Below, piece by piece: positions 1 to 12,620 of a stretch of DNA of 64,000 nucleotides. The DNA comes from Monocercomonoides exilis PA203. Its lineage: Eukaryota; Protista; Preaxostyla. The stretch lies in the NCBI GenBank assembly GCA_001643675.2, contig LSRY02000013.1:1116001-1180000 (forward strand), read 5' to 3'. The notes under the pieces were generated by a model, which did no database searches, had not been told where the DNA came from, and saw only the letters and a list, made by a program, of their open reading frames with translations. Every line of letters begins with the position of its first letter. Position 1 is the first letter of the stretch. Made by a program: the position numbers and the translations under genes.

Positions 1-712
1 AGGCTAAAAGGTGTTTTTTCATTAATACTCATTTATCCACTAAAAAGATTTTTTATCTCGATTTAGCTCAACTGGCACAAGATGAAGAGAATATAAAAAC
101 TCTAAGTAAATTTTCTGGAGCTGTTGGTCCCGGTATTAATCTTTTTAAATATAAATCACATCTTAATGACTTTTCATTTTATTTTTAGATCTAACATTTT
201 TCTTGGACGAAGATAGATTTCATTGAAAAAGATACACAAACAATTTCATAAGAAAAAGTCTTGACAATTGTTCATACAATTGAAAAAAACCCAAAAATAT
301 TCAAAAGTGATTGTGATACAGTAAAACATTCAGAAATACATTATTTTATATAAAGAATTGTCACAACTCTTCTTTTGTTGATTCTAAGTCTTACAGTCTT
401 CACATATGCCCAAAATGCAAATTGTTGTTAATTTTTGTCAAGTCTCACGCTTTGCTCATGTATTTTAATCCATTTTTTTGTTTTCACGCTCTTTGTCATC
501 ATTTAAATTACACATAATCCACGACTTAAAAAAGTGAACAAAATAAAACAACTTGTGAATTTTAAAATTAAAATGTTCTCCAACGTACCAATGCGAGAAT
601 GTGAATAAATACTAATGTTGCTATTATAATTTTAACTGCATTGTCCATTGAAATTTACAGTTAATTTGATCTTTGATCGATGATTCCCAATACCCAGAAA
701 AGAAGAACAAAG

Positions 713-1438
713 ATGAGCAAAGCAGAGGTTAAAGCGGAAGAGATCAAAAAGACAGAGGACGATAGCGAAATCCCCGAGCTTGAGCCCGTTACGGAGGAAA
801 AGAAGGACGGAGAGAAGAAGGAAGCAGCAGCTGCCCACGGACACGAAGGCCACGATCATGCTCACGACCATGCACACGACCACGCTCACGAGCATGGAGA
901 CGAATCGAAGCAGACAAAGGCGGAGCGCAAAGCAAGGAAGGCAGCAAAGAATCTGGGACTGAAGCAGATTGCAGATGTGCGCCAAATGGTTGTGAAGAGC
1001 CAGAAGAGCGTGCTGTTCTCCGTGGACAACCCCGACACATTCCAGGTGCGCGGGTCTGATTCGTTCATTGTGTTTGGCGCTTTGCGCATGGATGATCCGA
1101 CATCACGTGCACAACAGGCAGCAGCTGATCAGTTCAAGGGCGATATCCCATCTTCGATGCTGAGCCCCGAGGCGATGAACGATCTAATTTCGAAGATCAC
1201 AAAGGAGGCAGGCGCAGCAGGCGTGGGTGCAGCCGCTGAAGCTGGGGCAGCAAAGGAAGGAGAGGGCAAGAAAGCAGCAGAGGCAGAAGACGACAAAGAT
1301 GTGGATGTCACAGGGCTGAACGAAGACGAGCTGCAGATTGTGATGCAGCAGGCGAATGTGTCGAAGGCGAAGGCTGTCGAGGCACTTCGTGCAAGCGATG
1401 GAGATTACATCCAAGCAATCATTTCGTTGACGAAGTAA
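713..1438 (+). CDS. NACA: Nascent polypeptide-associated complex subunit alpha
   Basis: The sequence has the SDIPELE-like N-terminal motif (SEIPELE) and KQTKAERKARKAAKNLGLK. A NAC domain (VVKSQKSVLFSVDNPDTF...SDSFIVFG) and a C-terminal UBA (GLNEDELQIVMQQANVSKAKAVEALRASDGDYIQAIISL) follow. The region is GC-rich and intronless. ATG 713 is preferred over ATG 680. Confidence 0.95.
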   Translation: MSKAEVKAEEIKKTEDDSEIPELEPVTEEKKDGEKKEAAAAHGHEGHDHAHDHAHDHAHEHGDESKQTKAERKARKAAKNLGLKQIADVRQMVVKSQKSVLFSVDNPDTFQVRGSDSFIVFGALRMDDPTSRAQQAAADQFKGDIPSSMLSPEAMNDLISKITKEAGAAGVGAAAEAGAAKEGEGKKAAEAEDDKDVDVTGLNEDELQIVMQQANVSKAKAVEALRASDGDYIQAIISLTK

Positions 1439-2392
1439 AGGAAGAAAAGAACATGAAGGCAGCAGTTTGTGGGTGCTTACGCCCGTGGCTGCAAAATCTC
1501 ACTTCCATTCATTTTTTAGTTTTTTTTCTCGAAATGGAAAATATAAAAAAAGTTCATTAAAACGCATTTATAATTCTTTTTTTTTTTTTTGTTGAAGCAA
1601 TTAACAATGATGTGCTTTTGGCATGCTTGTACAATATGGAAGGTTTCAAAACGAAGTTAAGCTGTTTCGTTGTTGAATTTTAAGATTAATTAGCATGAAT
1701 CACGTGAATTATCAGCTGAAATTCATTTTTTAGCTTTTAGAAATAAAAGTAGAAAAAATCGGTTTTAACAGGATTCGCAAAATGTTTCTCTCATTCAAAA
1801 AAATGTTGATTCAAATACGATATGTTGAATTTCTGTTTTGAAGAAAGTGCTTATTTTTAAAGTAAAATTTATTTATTTATATTTTTTTTTCCAAATTACG
1901 TTTCTCCAAATTGTTTCATTACAAATAATTGAACAAAGAAAGAGACAATTAGATTGAATAGAACATCGTTTAGCGATTTATGAAATAAAAATCCAAAATC
2001 ATAAATTAATTTCGCAACTCCATAATAAGAAATCAAAATCAAAATCAAAATAAAAAGTAATAAATGTAATTGTAAAAACATACAAACAAGATAAAAACAG
2101 AAATACTTTTTAAAAAGAACATCGACTTTCACATTACAGAATTAAACAAATGTAATGTCAACACAACATAAAAGTTGTGTACCAGCTCAGCCAGTCAACT
2201 CAAATCAATCTGTAAGCAAGGATCATTTTTTTCATGAAAATCATTCGCAAAGGATGGGAAATTCTCAATATTTTGGATCATTACTGGCCTTGGAAGACGA
2301 GTTTCGTTGAAATGACTTGAACCCCAGATGACAATTCTGCTCAATCTGTCAGTTTTAGGAATAATATAAGACACTTTCCAGAAGTCCTGAAT

Positions 2393-5300
2393 TTACTGTT
2401 TTTGAACACAGGATTCAACAATATCGCGAACTCCAGCTTCTTCCAGTGCATCTTCCAGACTGATCAAAAGATATCTTCCACTTTCGTCATTTCGCTCAAT
2501 CTCTTCTATGTCCTCAGAAAATAGTTCTTCATGCTCAGACTCATCAAGGCTTCTTTTCCAAAAAACTTCGAATTCGGCACATTGCAGGACAGCAAACGCA
2601 CTCTTCAAACGAAACAAACTTCCAATCAGCAACTTTAACTTGTGGAAATACGTTTAAGCGAGATCGTCTGCGAACAACTGCAGGCTTATTCTCCTCCTCC
2701 TCTTCCTCCTCGATCGGATCAGACTGTTCAACCCTGCTGATTCGTGCTGGAAGCATGAAAGCGATGCATCTCTCTCTGATTCTCTGAACAGTCAGAATCA
2801 GCACAAACGGAGAAGCATACTTGAAATCTGCACAAAACTCCAGAAATTCTCGAATTATTCCCGAAGCAAATGCAAATGGAAGCTCTCTCGTTGCATTCAA
2901 CAGCACGAAATATACAACAGCCGCTGCTGTTGCCTGTACACACTCAAATGTTTCTGGACAGTACAAAGGAGAAAGTATTTTGCTTTCATCCATCGGGGCA
3001 CTCAGCGGAAACAGAAAATGCAGCTTTTCCACCAGCATCCTGAAAAAGGGCTGAAGAAGCGTATAATCGCAGGCATCGCAGGTATAAAGGGCATCACACT
3101 CCATACCTTTGTAGTTTGTTACATTCACACATCCCAAAATGCAGGAAAGAAAGGCGTTCAGACGGAGAGCGTAGGAGGATCCGTGGTATCTCAGAATGGA
3201 CAGACTGCACCGGCAGTTTTGAAGATAAGTCTCAAAAGCGTCAGCGCCACTCAGGATTTCTTTTTTTAGTCCACACAACGAAATAGCAGCAACTCGGCTC
3301 CTTGCTTCCTCAAACAGCAGCAGCTTCTCTTCCAACTCGCTGACAGTGAGACAATCTTCGGTCTTTCGCTCCATCGCAAGCAGAAAAGGGTCGATTTCTT
3401 CGAGTCGTATTGATAACCCCCTTTCATACTGTACTTGCACATAATCTGTCTTTTCACTTCCTGATTGTTCAGAAGATTCTCTGTGAACAATTTCCTTCAT
3501 TTCTGCCTCCACTTTACCCAAAGAATCCAAAATTCTCCTTCCACAAAATGCAATCACTTTTCTCTTCAGACTCATTGGAATGAACAAAACCAAGCGATCC
3601 AAGAAGTTTCCGGCCAAATTGCAGAAACGAGCCATCGGAAATCTGTGATTATGAAACATTGCAGCAGCATCTAATCAATTCAAAAAAAAGAAATGAAAGA
3701 AAAAAAGTAAAAAAGTGAAAAAAGAAAAGGAAAAGGAAAAGGAAAAGGAAAAAGAAAAAGAAAAAGAAAAAGAAAAAGAAAAAGAAAAAGAAAAAGAAAA
3801 AGAAAAAGAAAAAGAAAAAGAAAAAGAAAAAGAAAAAGAAAAAGAAATTCGTACAAATATTTGTTGTTTTTCAAAATAAAAAGATGACAAAAGAAAAGAA
3901 GTCACACGATATTAAATGGGAAAGATTTATAATCAGTCTTTCATATAATCTAATTGGAAGCTCCAATCTTATGGAATTATTTCCGTAAGAATCGACAGGA
4001 TGACTAATAACCTCTGAAATCATTAATTAAACAGAAAAAAAAAAGTTTCGAAAATTATGAAAAGATAGATGATAAAAATAAAATAAAATAAAATAAAATA
4101 AAATAAAATAAAATAAAATAAAATAAAATAAAATAAAATAAAATAAAATAAAATAAAATAAAATAAAATAAAATAAAATAAAATAAAATAAAACAAAGAA
4201 AAAAAAAATATGTGTGTGTATAAGTACCTTTTAGTTTGAGAAGAGATTGATTAACAAATAAGCGGCACAAAGCAAGAAGGCTGTCTCTGATCATTGTCAT
4301 TTTTGGCGTCAGATCGCATTCAGTCAGCGGAGCATAAATCTTGTCACAATCCATCGACTCTGCCTCATCTGAATTTTCAGCATCTTGTTCATTTATTTCC
4401 TTAAGTCTCTTTTGCTCATTCTTTTTAGCTTCGATGAACGCTTCTTTGAATCCATCTTCAAGTTCAATGCCTTTTGCGAGCACGGCCACGACTGGATAAA
4501 CTGGGCAAAGACACGTGCAGTCGTAGAAGAACAGAGAAAAAGTTATTGCTGCTTTCAACCGAATGTCAAAGGGAAGAAAAGCGGGGGAGAACTTGAACAA
4601 TTGTTGATCTTTTGAAATAGGTGAGGAAGAAGAAGAAGAAGAAGAAGAAGAAGATGGATGTGAAGAAGAAGATGAAGATAGAGAAAAAAAAGAAAAAGAA
4701 AAAGAAAAAGAAAAAGAAAAAGAGGAAGAGGAAGAGGAAGAAGAAGTCGTATCTCGACAATCATTTTGCTTTCGTTTTATTGAGCTGTCGAAAGGATATT
4801 TTGATTTTGCATCGGTTTTTTCTTTTCTGTTGCCTGAAGAGTTTAATTTGCTGCTCTTGCTATTCGCCTCTGGATTTAAATAACTTTGCACTATTTTTTC
4901 GTTTGGAATGTTATAAAGCTGCCATTCTTGGTGATCGTCATGAATGTTTGGAAGGCTTTGCCTCTTTCTTCGTTTCCAGCAGCAATCTCAAGCACAGACA
5001 GTATAAGCTTATAGTCAGACACGAATTGATTGACCTTTCTTTCTGTGAAACGCGGGAGGTGAATAACTTTGTTTTTGAAAGTTAGCAACAGCGAAAAAGC
5101 ATCCGATAAAATCGATGAATCTTGACACCTATTTAAAATGCTGACAACTCCGTTGATGATCCCTTGGCTTGCTACAAAAATAATTTCGTCTCTTTCGCAC
5201 AACCTTAAAATATGATGCTGCAATTTTAGCAACAACCCAAACACTTCATCGTTATCTGTTGAAAGAATGTGATCAACTGCAGATCGAACCAATTCTTTTT

Positions 5301-6025
5301 CACTTACAATCTTGTGCAGAAATGGAGACTTGCAATAATCTGATTCTCCACTTTTCCTCTTTGGATGCGAGTCTTCTGAAGGCATAGATTCTTTCGTTTT
5401 TTCTTGTCCGACAGGTGGAACATTCTTTTCTTTAATTTTTCTAAACGTTGGCGAATATGACGCAGGATTCATAATAACCTCGAGAATCTTTCCAAAGGTT
5501 AAAACTTCATTGTCATTGCTTGTCGATTTCAGCACATCCGCTCCTTTTTCAACCAGTCCAGTGAAAATTCTAAATGGAACACTCTCCATCATACCAATGC
5601 ATAATTCAACACTTTTTAACATATCTTTCGATCCATTGAAAAAGTCATCTTTCTTCATCTTCTTTGAACTTTCAAAAATGAAAAAACGGTTCATGAACGA
5701 TTGTTTTCAAAAAGCAAACACAAACTTTAACCTTTTTAACAATGAGTCCAATTGTTTAACAGCTAAAAAATATAATATTTCTCAGTAACAGATAAATTAC
5801 ATTATATAGCTTAAATACCATCTGTCTCAACTTCAAAAATTTGTGTGCTTTGTATGAAACACAAATATTTTGCATGTAACCAAGAATTTTAGTGGTTATA
5901 GATTGAATTAAAAAGTTTAAAAATAAAAACAACAATATCACAGAAATTATTCTTAACGATTAAATAATACTTACCGCACTTATTCTGTTGTAAATTCTTT
6001 TCCTTTTCCTCGTCTTTTTCGGCAT
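2393..6025 (-). CDS. Multi-exon hypothetical helical (ARM-like) protein with apparent frameshifts; exact model uncertain
   Basis: Co-oriented ORFs lie at 4891-5694, 4227-4891, 2544-3659 and 2393-2632. A candidate first exon starts at ATG 6025 (MPKKTRKRKR...) with a GTAAGT donor at 5974. There is a GTACTT donor near 4226 and a TAG acceptor near 3671. The introns are filled with microsatellites. Confidence 0.55.
3715..3846 (+). repeat. (GAAAAA/GGAAAA)n microsatellite, intronic
   Basis: Hexamer tandem array seen directly. Confidence 0.95.
4075..4192 (+). repeat. (AAAAT)n microsatellite, intronic
   Basis: Pentamer tandem array seen directly. Confidence 0.95.
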
Positions 6026-6368
6026 GGACAAAGAATTGTTCGATAAAGTTTTTTCTTAAACCCATTTTTTATTCTGAAATAAAAAATGAAAAAAATAATA
6101 ACAAGAAAGTGATACGTATATAATATTTATCATGCAACACACTTTCAAAAATGAAAAGATAACTGCATGATGACATTTTAACTTTATCCTCTTTTTTCCC
6201 CTTTTATTTGACTGTTTCAAATTGAAAAGTTCCAATAAAAAAACGAAAAAATAAAAATGTCAATTCAATTCAAAAAAATTTTTTTTCTAGCAACCTGATG
6301 AGTGAAATGAAACGAAAAGAAGAAAAAGTTCAATTTTTGTGCATCAAAATAAAAAACATCTCACATTC

Positions 6369-7815
6369 TCAGACATTCACAAAATAATCAGAAATATTCA
6401 ACGATAATTCATTGAAACATTCACAACTGAAAATATTAATCATTTCATAAAAGCTTGCGATATCATCTTCGTATCCTTCTTCTTCCATCTTGTCGAATAT
6501 TCTTCTCTTCGTTTTCTTCCATTCTTCGCATTCGTCTCCCACAACCTCATTTTCTCTCACAGCAATTGAAAGCTTCGCAAAGAATATCAAGAATTCACAC
6601 ATCAGGCAATCATCAAATGTTTGATCGTGAATTTCCATCAAAACGAAATCAAAAACTCCGCTTTTCAGCAAATCATTGAAAACAATAAAAGTTGGCTGGT
6701 AAATTATCATTTTCACTAAAATGCCACAACATCGATAGACAACATTGATGTGATTCTCCCTTGCTGCTCTGCACAATCTTGTCATGCAACTGAGCAATTC
6801 AATATGCACTTCGTTACAAATCTCGAAACATTCAAAGAAAATTCCAATTATATCAAGCCATCTGTGCACAATTACAAAATCAATCATTTTCATTCTTCTT
6901 TCTGCATCTTTTTCTTTTCTCTTCCAGTCAACGCATCTTGTCAGCTCTTCCAGTTCTCTTGCTACCTCTCTCACATGACACAATCCATTCTCAACCACAC
7001 CTGTCAAATCGTTGCCCTTAATATATCTATGCATCAAAATGCTCCAAGCAGATTGATATGCAACATGTGTAAGATTGTGATGTTTCTGATGATATTTGAT
7101 AATTCCTTGAATCTTTTTCAAATACTTGTTTTTTTTGATCTCCTATTTAAAAGCAATGAAGGAAAAATCATTAATGTTAAAAAGCAAAGATGCTTGCATA
7201 CATTTCCTTCACACAAGCAACTCAAAGCAAGCAAAGCCATTTCCACTTCTTTTTGCGTTGTCTCGTCTCCCTTTTTCTTCAATGCAACTTTCAGAATGCA
7301 AGGCACACAAATAGAAAGCAATTTCTCGCTCAAGATATAACAACTGTGAAGCATTGCATGGCATTCACAAAGATCAACAAGAAGATTTTCATTATTTTTT
7401 TTATTTTTCTCATTTTTATCAATAATCATTTTCTCAAATCTTCTGCATAACAATGAACTACGAAAGGCAGAATTCCACAAGTTCAAAAGAACTTTGTAAT
7501 ATCCAACATGCTTCAGTAACACAATTGCATTTTCCATTGTAATTATCTTTTCTTCAATCATTTTGTCCACTTTATTGAACAGTTCTGTTGCTGAAATTGA
7601 TTCGAATCCTTTTTCATCCATTCTATCAATCGCTTCATTCATTTCTTCAATAATCTGTTTTTGCTCAATTTCTGTACAACGCTCCAGTTCATCAAGCAAT
7701 TCTTTAAAAGAAAAAGAAAGAAAAGAAAAAAAAATTTTCATTGAAGATTCAAGTTCAATAATGTGCGAAAACCTTGAAATTTTTCTGTGCATGCAACATC
7801 CTTCATGATTTTCAT
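6369..7815 (-). CDS. Lineage-specific helical-repeat (ARM-like) family protein, copy A; exons 7815-7773, 7701-7202, 7142-6369 (438 aa)
   Basis: Removing GT-AG introns 7772-7702 (71 nt) and 7201-7143 (59 nt) joins the ORFs in frame. Family motifs are KEVEMALLAL, HNLTHVAYQSAW and KMEEEGYED...SDYFVNV. It is paralogous to 40907-42318. Confidence 0.8.
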
Positions 7816-10099
7816 AGAGATGCAACAAGAAGATACATCATTTTTGGTATTCACAAAGAATACGGATTGTAACAAATAGATATATTTAGCAAAATATATA
7901 ATTTCAAAACAGTCATAAAAATATCTGTGATCGCACCTCGTTGCTTGACATTGGTGGCTTTGACAAGTATTTAAGGAGTAAAACAACAATAAATAATCTT
8001 GATTATTCTATTATGGGAATTCTGATCAAATTAGAAAACAATAATTTCCAAAATGAAATATCACCAATTGAAATGTTGCAAAAGAATAACATGAATTTCA
8101 TAATGCTGCTTATAATGTTTTCGTTTCAGTTCGTTGATAAGAAAATTTAGCCTGAAGAACAAATTAATAATAAATCAGAAAAGTTAAAGGTGAACAACTG
8201 TACGTTTGTGTCTTTTTCAATAATGAAATAAATTTGGAAGATTATTCTGTCCATTCCTTTTTCCAATTCAAAGAACTGATGAATGAATCAAAAAGGCAAT
8301 TAATTCTTTCCATAGTGAATAAACGCGTAAAGATGAAAAAAGACATATTGCGAATGGCAGGCAGGCAAATGATTAAGGCATTTATGTATTGAAGAATGAA
8401 ATGAATTAAAAGCAAAACAAGAAAGTGGAAGATGAAAATAGAAATGGATTTGAAAAGAACATGAAAAAAGAAGAAGAAAGGAATAAGAGACTGTTGGAAA
8501 GTGACAAAACTGGGAAACAAGACAACAATAATCAAAGATTTGATCAACCTGTCAAAAGTGAAGAAGAATGTTTTGCTGGTTTGATTATAAAAAAGGAAAA
8601 AGGAAAATAAGTATTTTTTTAAATTATGAGGAAGCGACTTTCATTATTAAAAAAAAACCAAAAGGATTGAGTGTGTTTGAAGCATTTGGAAAGATGTGCC
8701 TGAATTATTGATTGTTTCCCTTGCCGATATCTCGATTTCATGTTTGAGCAACACTTTCATCGAAAAAGCATCTTTTGTCAAAAGAAAGTTTGTGAACGAA
8801 AATGGTCAATAAAAATCATTTGAATGAATGAATATTATATTTATAACTCAAAAGCATTATCCAAGCAATCAATCAGGTGAAAGTCTTGTTCAGAATTTTT
8901 TTCTTCTTTTCCCACTCTTGATATTCTCAATAGTTCTTGAATGAGAGCCAGTCATAAAACTTTTCTCATCAACTACTTGTCATCTTGGTGAACACATTCT
9001 TCAAAGGAGAGAAAGAGTGTTTTTGAGTTCTTAAATTGCAGAGCAAAAGCAAATGCATTGAAACTTTCAAAGGTGCTGTTAACTGTTCTTTCTTTGAAAT
9101 TTCACCAATTGAAAAAGACAGTTTCATTCGGAAAGCCGTTATTGTTTGCATTTGTCAATGTGATTTTTTTGTGAGAAACACAACAGTGAAAGGATGTTGA
9201 TAGAAATGTTGATTGTAAAAGTGTCCTTTTTCCTTTTTTTTTTGCTTGTCTGATTTCTGGTCGTTCCACAAATGACACTGCACCAAATGTGCAATTGTTT
9301 TGGTAGACGAACATGGAGGCTTGGTCCCTCTCATGATTTTTGTGTATCAAACATGGACAACAATGAATTTGTGATAACAGGCAAGATAAAACAATTCCAT
9401 GAATGTGATAAGAGAGAAAAAGGAAAACAATCACAATTAGTTTTGTTTGGATTAAAAATGGTGATAAATGATGAAATGATAACATTTGTGGGAAAATGTG
9501 AAAAAAACAGAACAAATCAAACAAAAAGAAAAAGAAAAAGATCATCAGTTCTGAGAGCACACTCAAAATGCAGAAAGAAGACAATGCATCAAACAAAATC
9601 TGTCTCGAATTGTTTGAAATTGGTTTTTATGTTCTATGGGAAAAAAAAGCTTTTCAGCACTTTTGAAAAAATAAATTGTTTAATCAATTTGATTCACAGT
9701 TATCATGTGTCATTATCTTTGACATGCTCATCGTTATTTCTTCTCTTAAAACAGAATCAGTATTTTTTTAAATAAGAACATGTTTTGCCTGTGGATGTTT
9801 GCATTTGGAACCGTTTCTTATTTCTTTCAACAGATATTTATGAAAGAGTTGAAAGTGAAACGTGTCAGATGAGAACAGTTTTTTCATGTTGTCAATCAAC
9901 AAGTATGTTGCTCATATATCTTCACATTGTCATGAAAAATGGAAAATTTGCCTAGATCCCCTTTGAGACATCCTTTGAAATTCCTATTATGTGAGTGAAT
10001 GTGAGTGCAAAAAAATTAAAACAACAATAAAGCACGAGATGAATTGATACAGAAACTCAAAAAGGATTTTTCATTCCTATTTGATCTCATTATTTTCCT

Positions 10100-12110
10100 C
10101 TTCTTCAAAACTTTGTTGCTCAAAAACAGATTCTGATATTTTGAAAATAAAAGGAAGATATGACATCATTTGTTGAATCTGAAAAACAAATGGAATCAGC
10201 TCACTCCTCAACTTTCACAGTCCCTCATTAAAAACAACTGTTGAAGTGCTATTGAACAAGGATTTCAAAATTAACTGTTTTCTCCAACTCCTTTCTTTCA
10301 AACACCTGATGGTCAACTGTTTTTGAAACACAACAATCTGGGATAATTCATTTCTTGCTCTATTATCATGTCATTCGATTATTCACTTTCAAACATTTCA
10401 TCTTCTCCATCCCATAAGAAACAACGTCAAATCAATATTCTCAGTTTGTGTTCATTGAATTAACAATGTGAAATTCAATAAACAGCAACTGAATGTCTCT
10501 TTTCAGTCATGTCCAACAACAGAGTTGTCTTTCTGAGTGATGCTTCTCATGGAGGTGAACAAGAGCTGTTTCACAGATAAGACAAATGATTCACACACAT
10601 AATACACATCTCTTCCGACACAGGCCTTGTTGGCTGAAAACACGATATTGGTGATGGAAAAGGTTGTAGTTGACACTTCTGAATCATCCTTGTGCTCGAT
10701 CATGAGAGCACCGCCTCTTCCTCCAGAACTTGTATCCTCGCTCACACAGCAGCTGGAGAAGATGGTGTTGCTCACCGAAAATGTGTTGGCAGTGGAAGAT
10801 GAGGCGAATGAGATGCACCCGCCATTGGTGGCAGTCTGTTGGTTTTGTGGAGCTGAGTCGATGTTGGTGATGGTGCAGTTGGTGAGGGAGAAGGAGAGGG
10901 CAGGGGAGGTGGCAGAGGAGAGGACACAGCTGGCGGGGGAGGCAGTGGAGGTGATATCGGTGATGTTGGAGGAGTTGAGGGTGAGGGGAGCTGTAAGGGA
11001 GGTGAGGTGGAAGATGCTTTGACTGTTGAGGGTGAGACTGGTGATTGCTGTGTGGTTGAGAGAGAGGGAGACAGCAGTGAGGAAGAAGAGAGGTGTGGTA
11101 ATTGAAGATGAAGATGAGGCTGTTCCGGTGATGGTGGTGGTGTTAAGCTTGAGGGAAGGGGAGTTTTCAGAGAGGTGGAAGAGGATGGGGGTGATGGGAT
11201 TTGATGAGTTGTGGGCGATGGCGAGGGCAGAGACTGCGAGGGAACCCTGAGTCTGTTGGAAGAGGGCAGACGAGGCAGATGGATCTGGTGAAGAAGATGT
11301 TGATGATGATGAGGATGAAAATGAAGAAATTGATGATGCCGATTGTGATGACTGAGAATATGAGTTTTGTGGTTGAGGAATACCACTGGAGGCGATGGTG
11401 GTGGCAGTTGTGCCATTTCCAGTGATTTTAGTGTCAACCGCGCTGAAGGTTAGTATTTGAGTGGGAACAAACGTTGAGGTGAGGAGGGTGAGGGAGACAT
11501 CTTTGTTGATTGGAAAGTTTCCAAATGAATAATCAATTGAATCTCATGGAATCTGATGAAATCTCCCATAAACATTGTAATCACTTCCGCTGTAGAAAAT
11601 GATTCTTTTCTAAAACTTATTTTGTTAACCAGCTGTTGTGTTCAGAAATGTCTGTTCCTCTGTTGTTTTGTTCTCGTTTTGTCAGATTTGATTGCACCGT
11701 TGGAACATATTCATTTCAAAGAAGTTTCATCATCAAAATATTAACTACACTCCCTTCCTCTTTGGAACATAACTCTTCCTTCAAAGCCAAAGCAACATTG
11801 AGAAAAACCAAGAAAGAGAAAGTTGCCATTATTTCATTCTTTTCATCCACGGCTCAAATCACTCATTCAATCGACAAGTGTCCATTTGCAATATCGAAAC
11901 CCCAGTTGCTCAATCAGTTCTTCTATTCATCAGCAATGACGAAGTCTTTTCAAAAAAGCAACAATTGTTGACGAGCTTCCACAAACTCTCCATTCAGCAT
12001 TCACATATTCAGCGATGAAATATGAATTTTCAGACAGCTGAGTTCTCAGCAAAGCATCTGGATCTGTGCTCATGAAGCGCTCGCTCCCTTCAAAAAAAGT
12101 TCTCTTCCTT
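10100..12110 (-). pseudogene. Decayed fragment of the giant beta-helix receptor family
   Basis: Broken frames carry family motifs, e.g. FSSCCVSEDTSSGGRGGALMI...FSANKACVGRDVYYVC, which matches FTSCCVSSSSGRGGALHI...FSSNQACFGRDVFIC in 12621-22082. There are multiple stops and frameshifts, and the boundaries are approximate. Confidence 0.7.
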
Positions 12111-12620
12111 TCTGTTCAAATAAGTTCAAATTCTTTTAAAAATGAAAAATGAAAAAACTTTTCAAAATAATAATAATAATCATATAACACAGTGAAAAAT
12201 AATCGCATCAAGGCAAGAGCAAGAGTGACGCGCAAAGATAACATCAAAAAAACTCTTCCACAAGGAAATACTTATAAAAAACGGAGAAAGATATAAAGAA
12301 GAGTCGAGCGCGTGAAATGCAACAAAGAGCTTGCTCAAAATCATAATTCAAAAACCGAAATAAAACGTATTTATAACAACTTTTTTCTTTTGGGAAAAAA
12401 AATAAACAAATAATCGCACACAAATTTCATTTCAAAAATATTCATTATTTTGATAAAACAAATAATTGCGCCATAACAAGAAAAAAATACTCTTTTGAAA
12501 GAATAAAAAAGGAAAATAAATAAGAAGCATACGCAACAACAACAACAACAATAATAATTATTATTATAATAATAATAACAATAATAAAACATCACTGAAC
12601 ATGCACATAAACCTTTCCAT

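Noticed and set aside
1-370. Exon-like pieces with a GT-AG intron (about 132-189) at the left edge
   Set aside because: The spliced frame stops quickly and no product is recognisable without upstream sequence.
7118-7201. Apparent frameshift/pseudogene between ORFs 7118-7828 and 6369-7121 (and between 41722-42216 and 40907-41725)
   Set aside because: Explained by 59-nt GT-AG introns that restore the frame.
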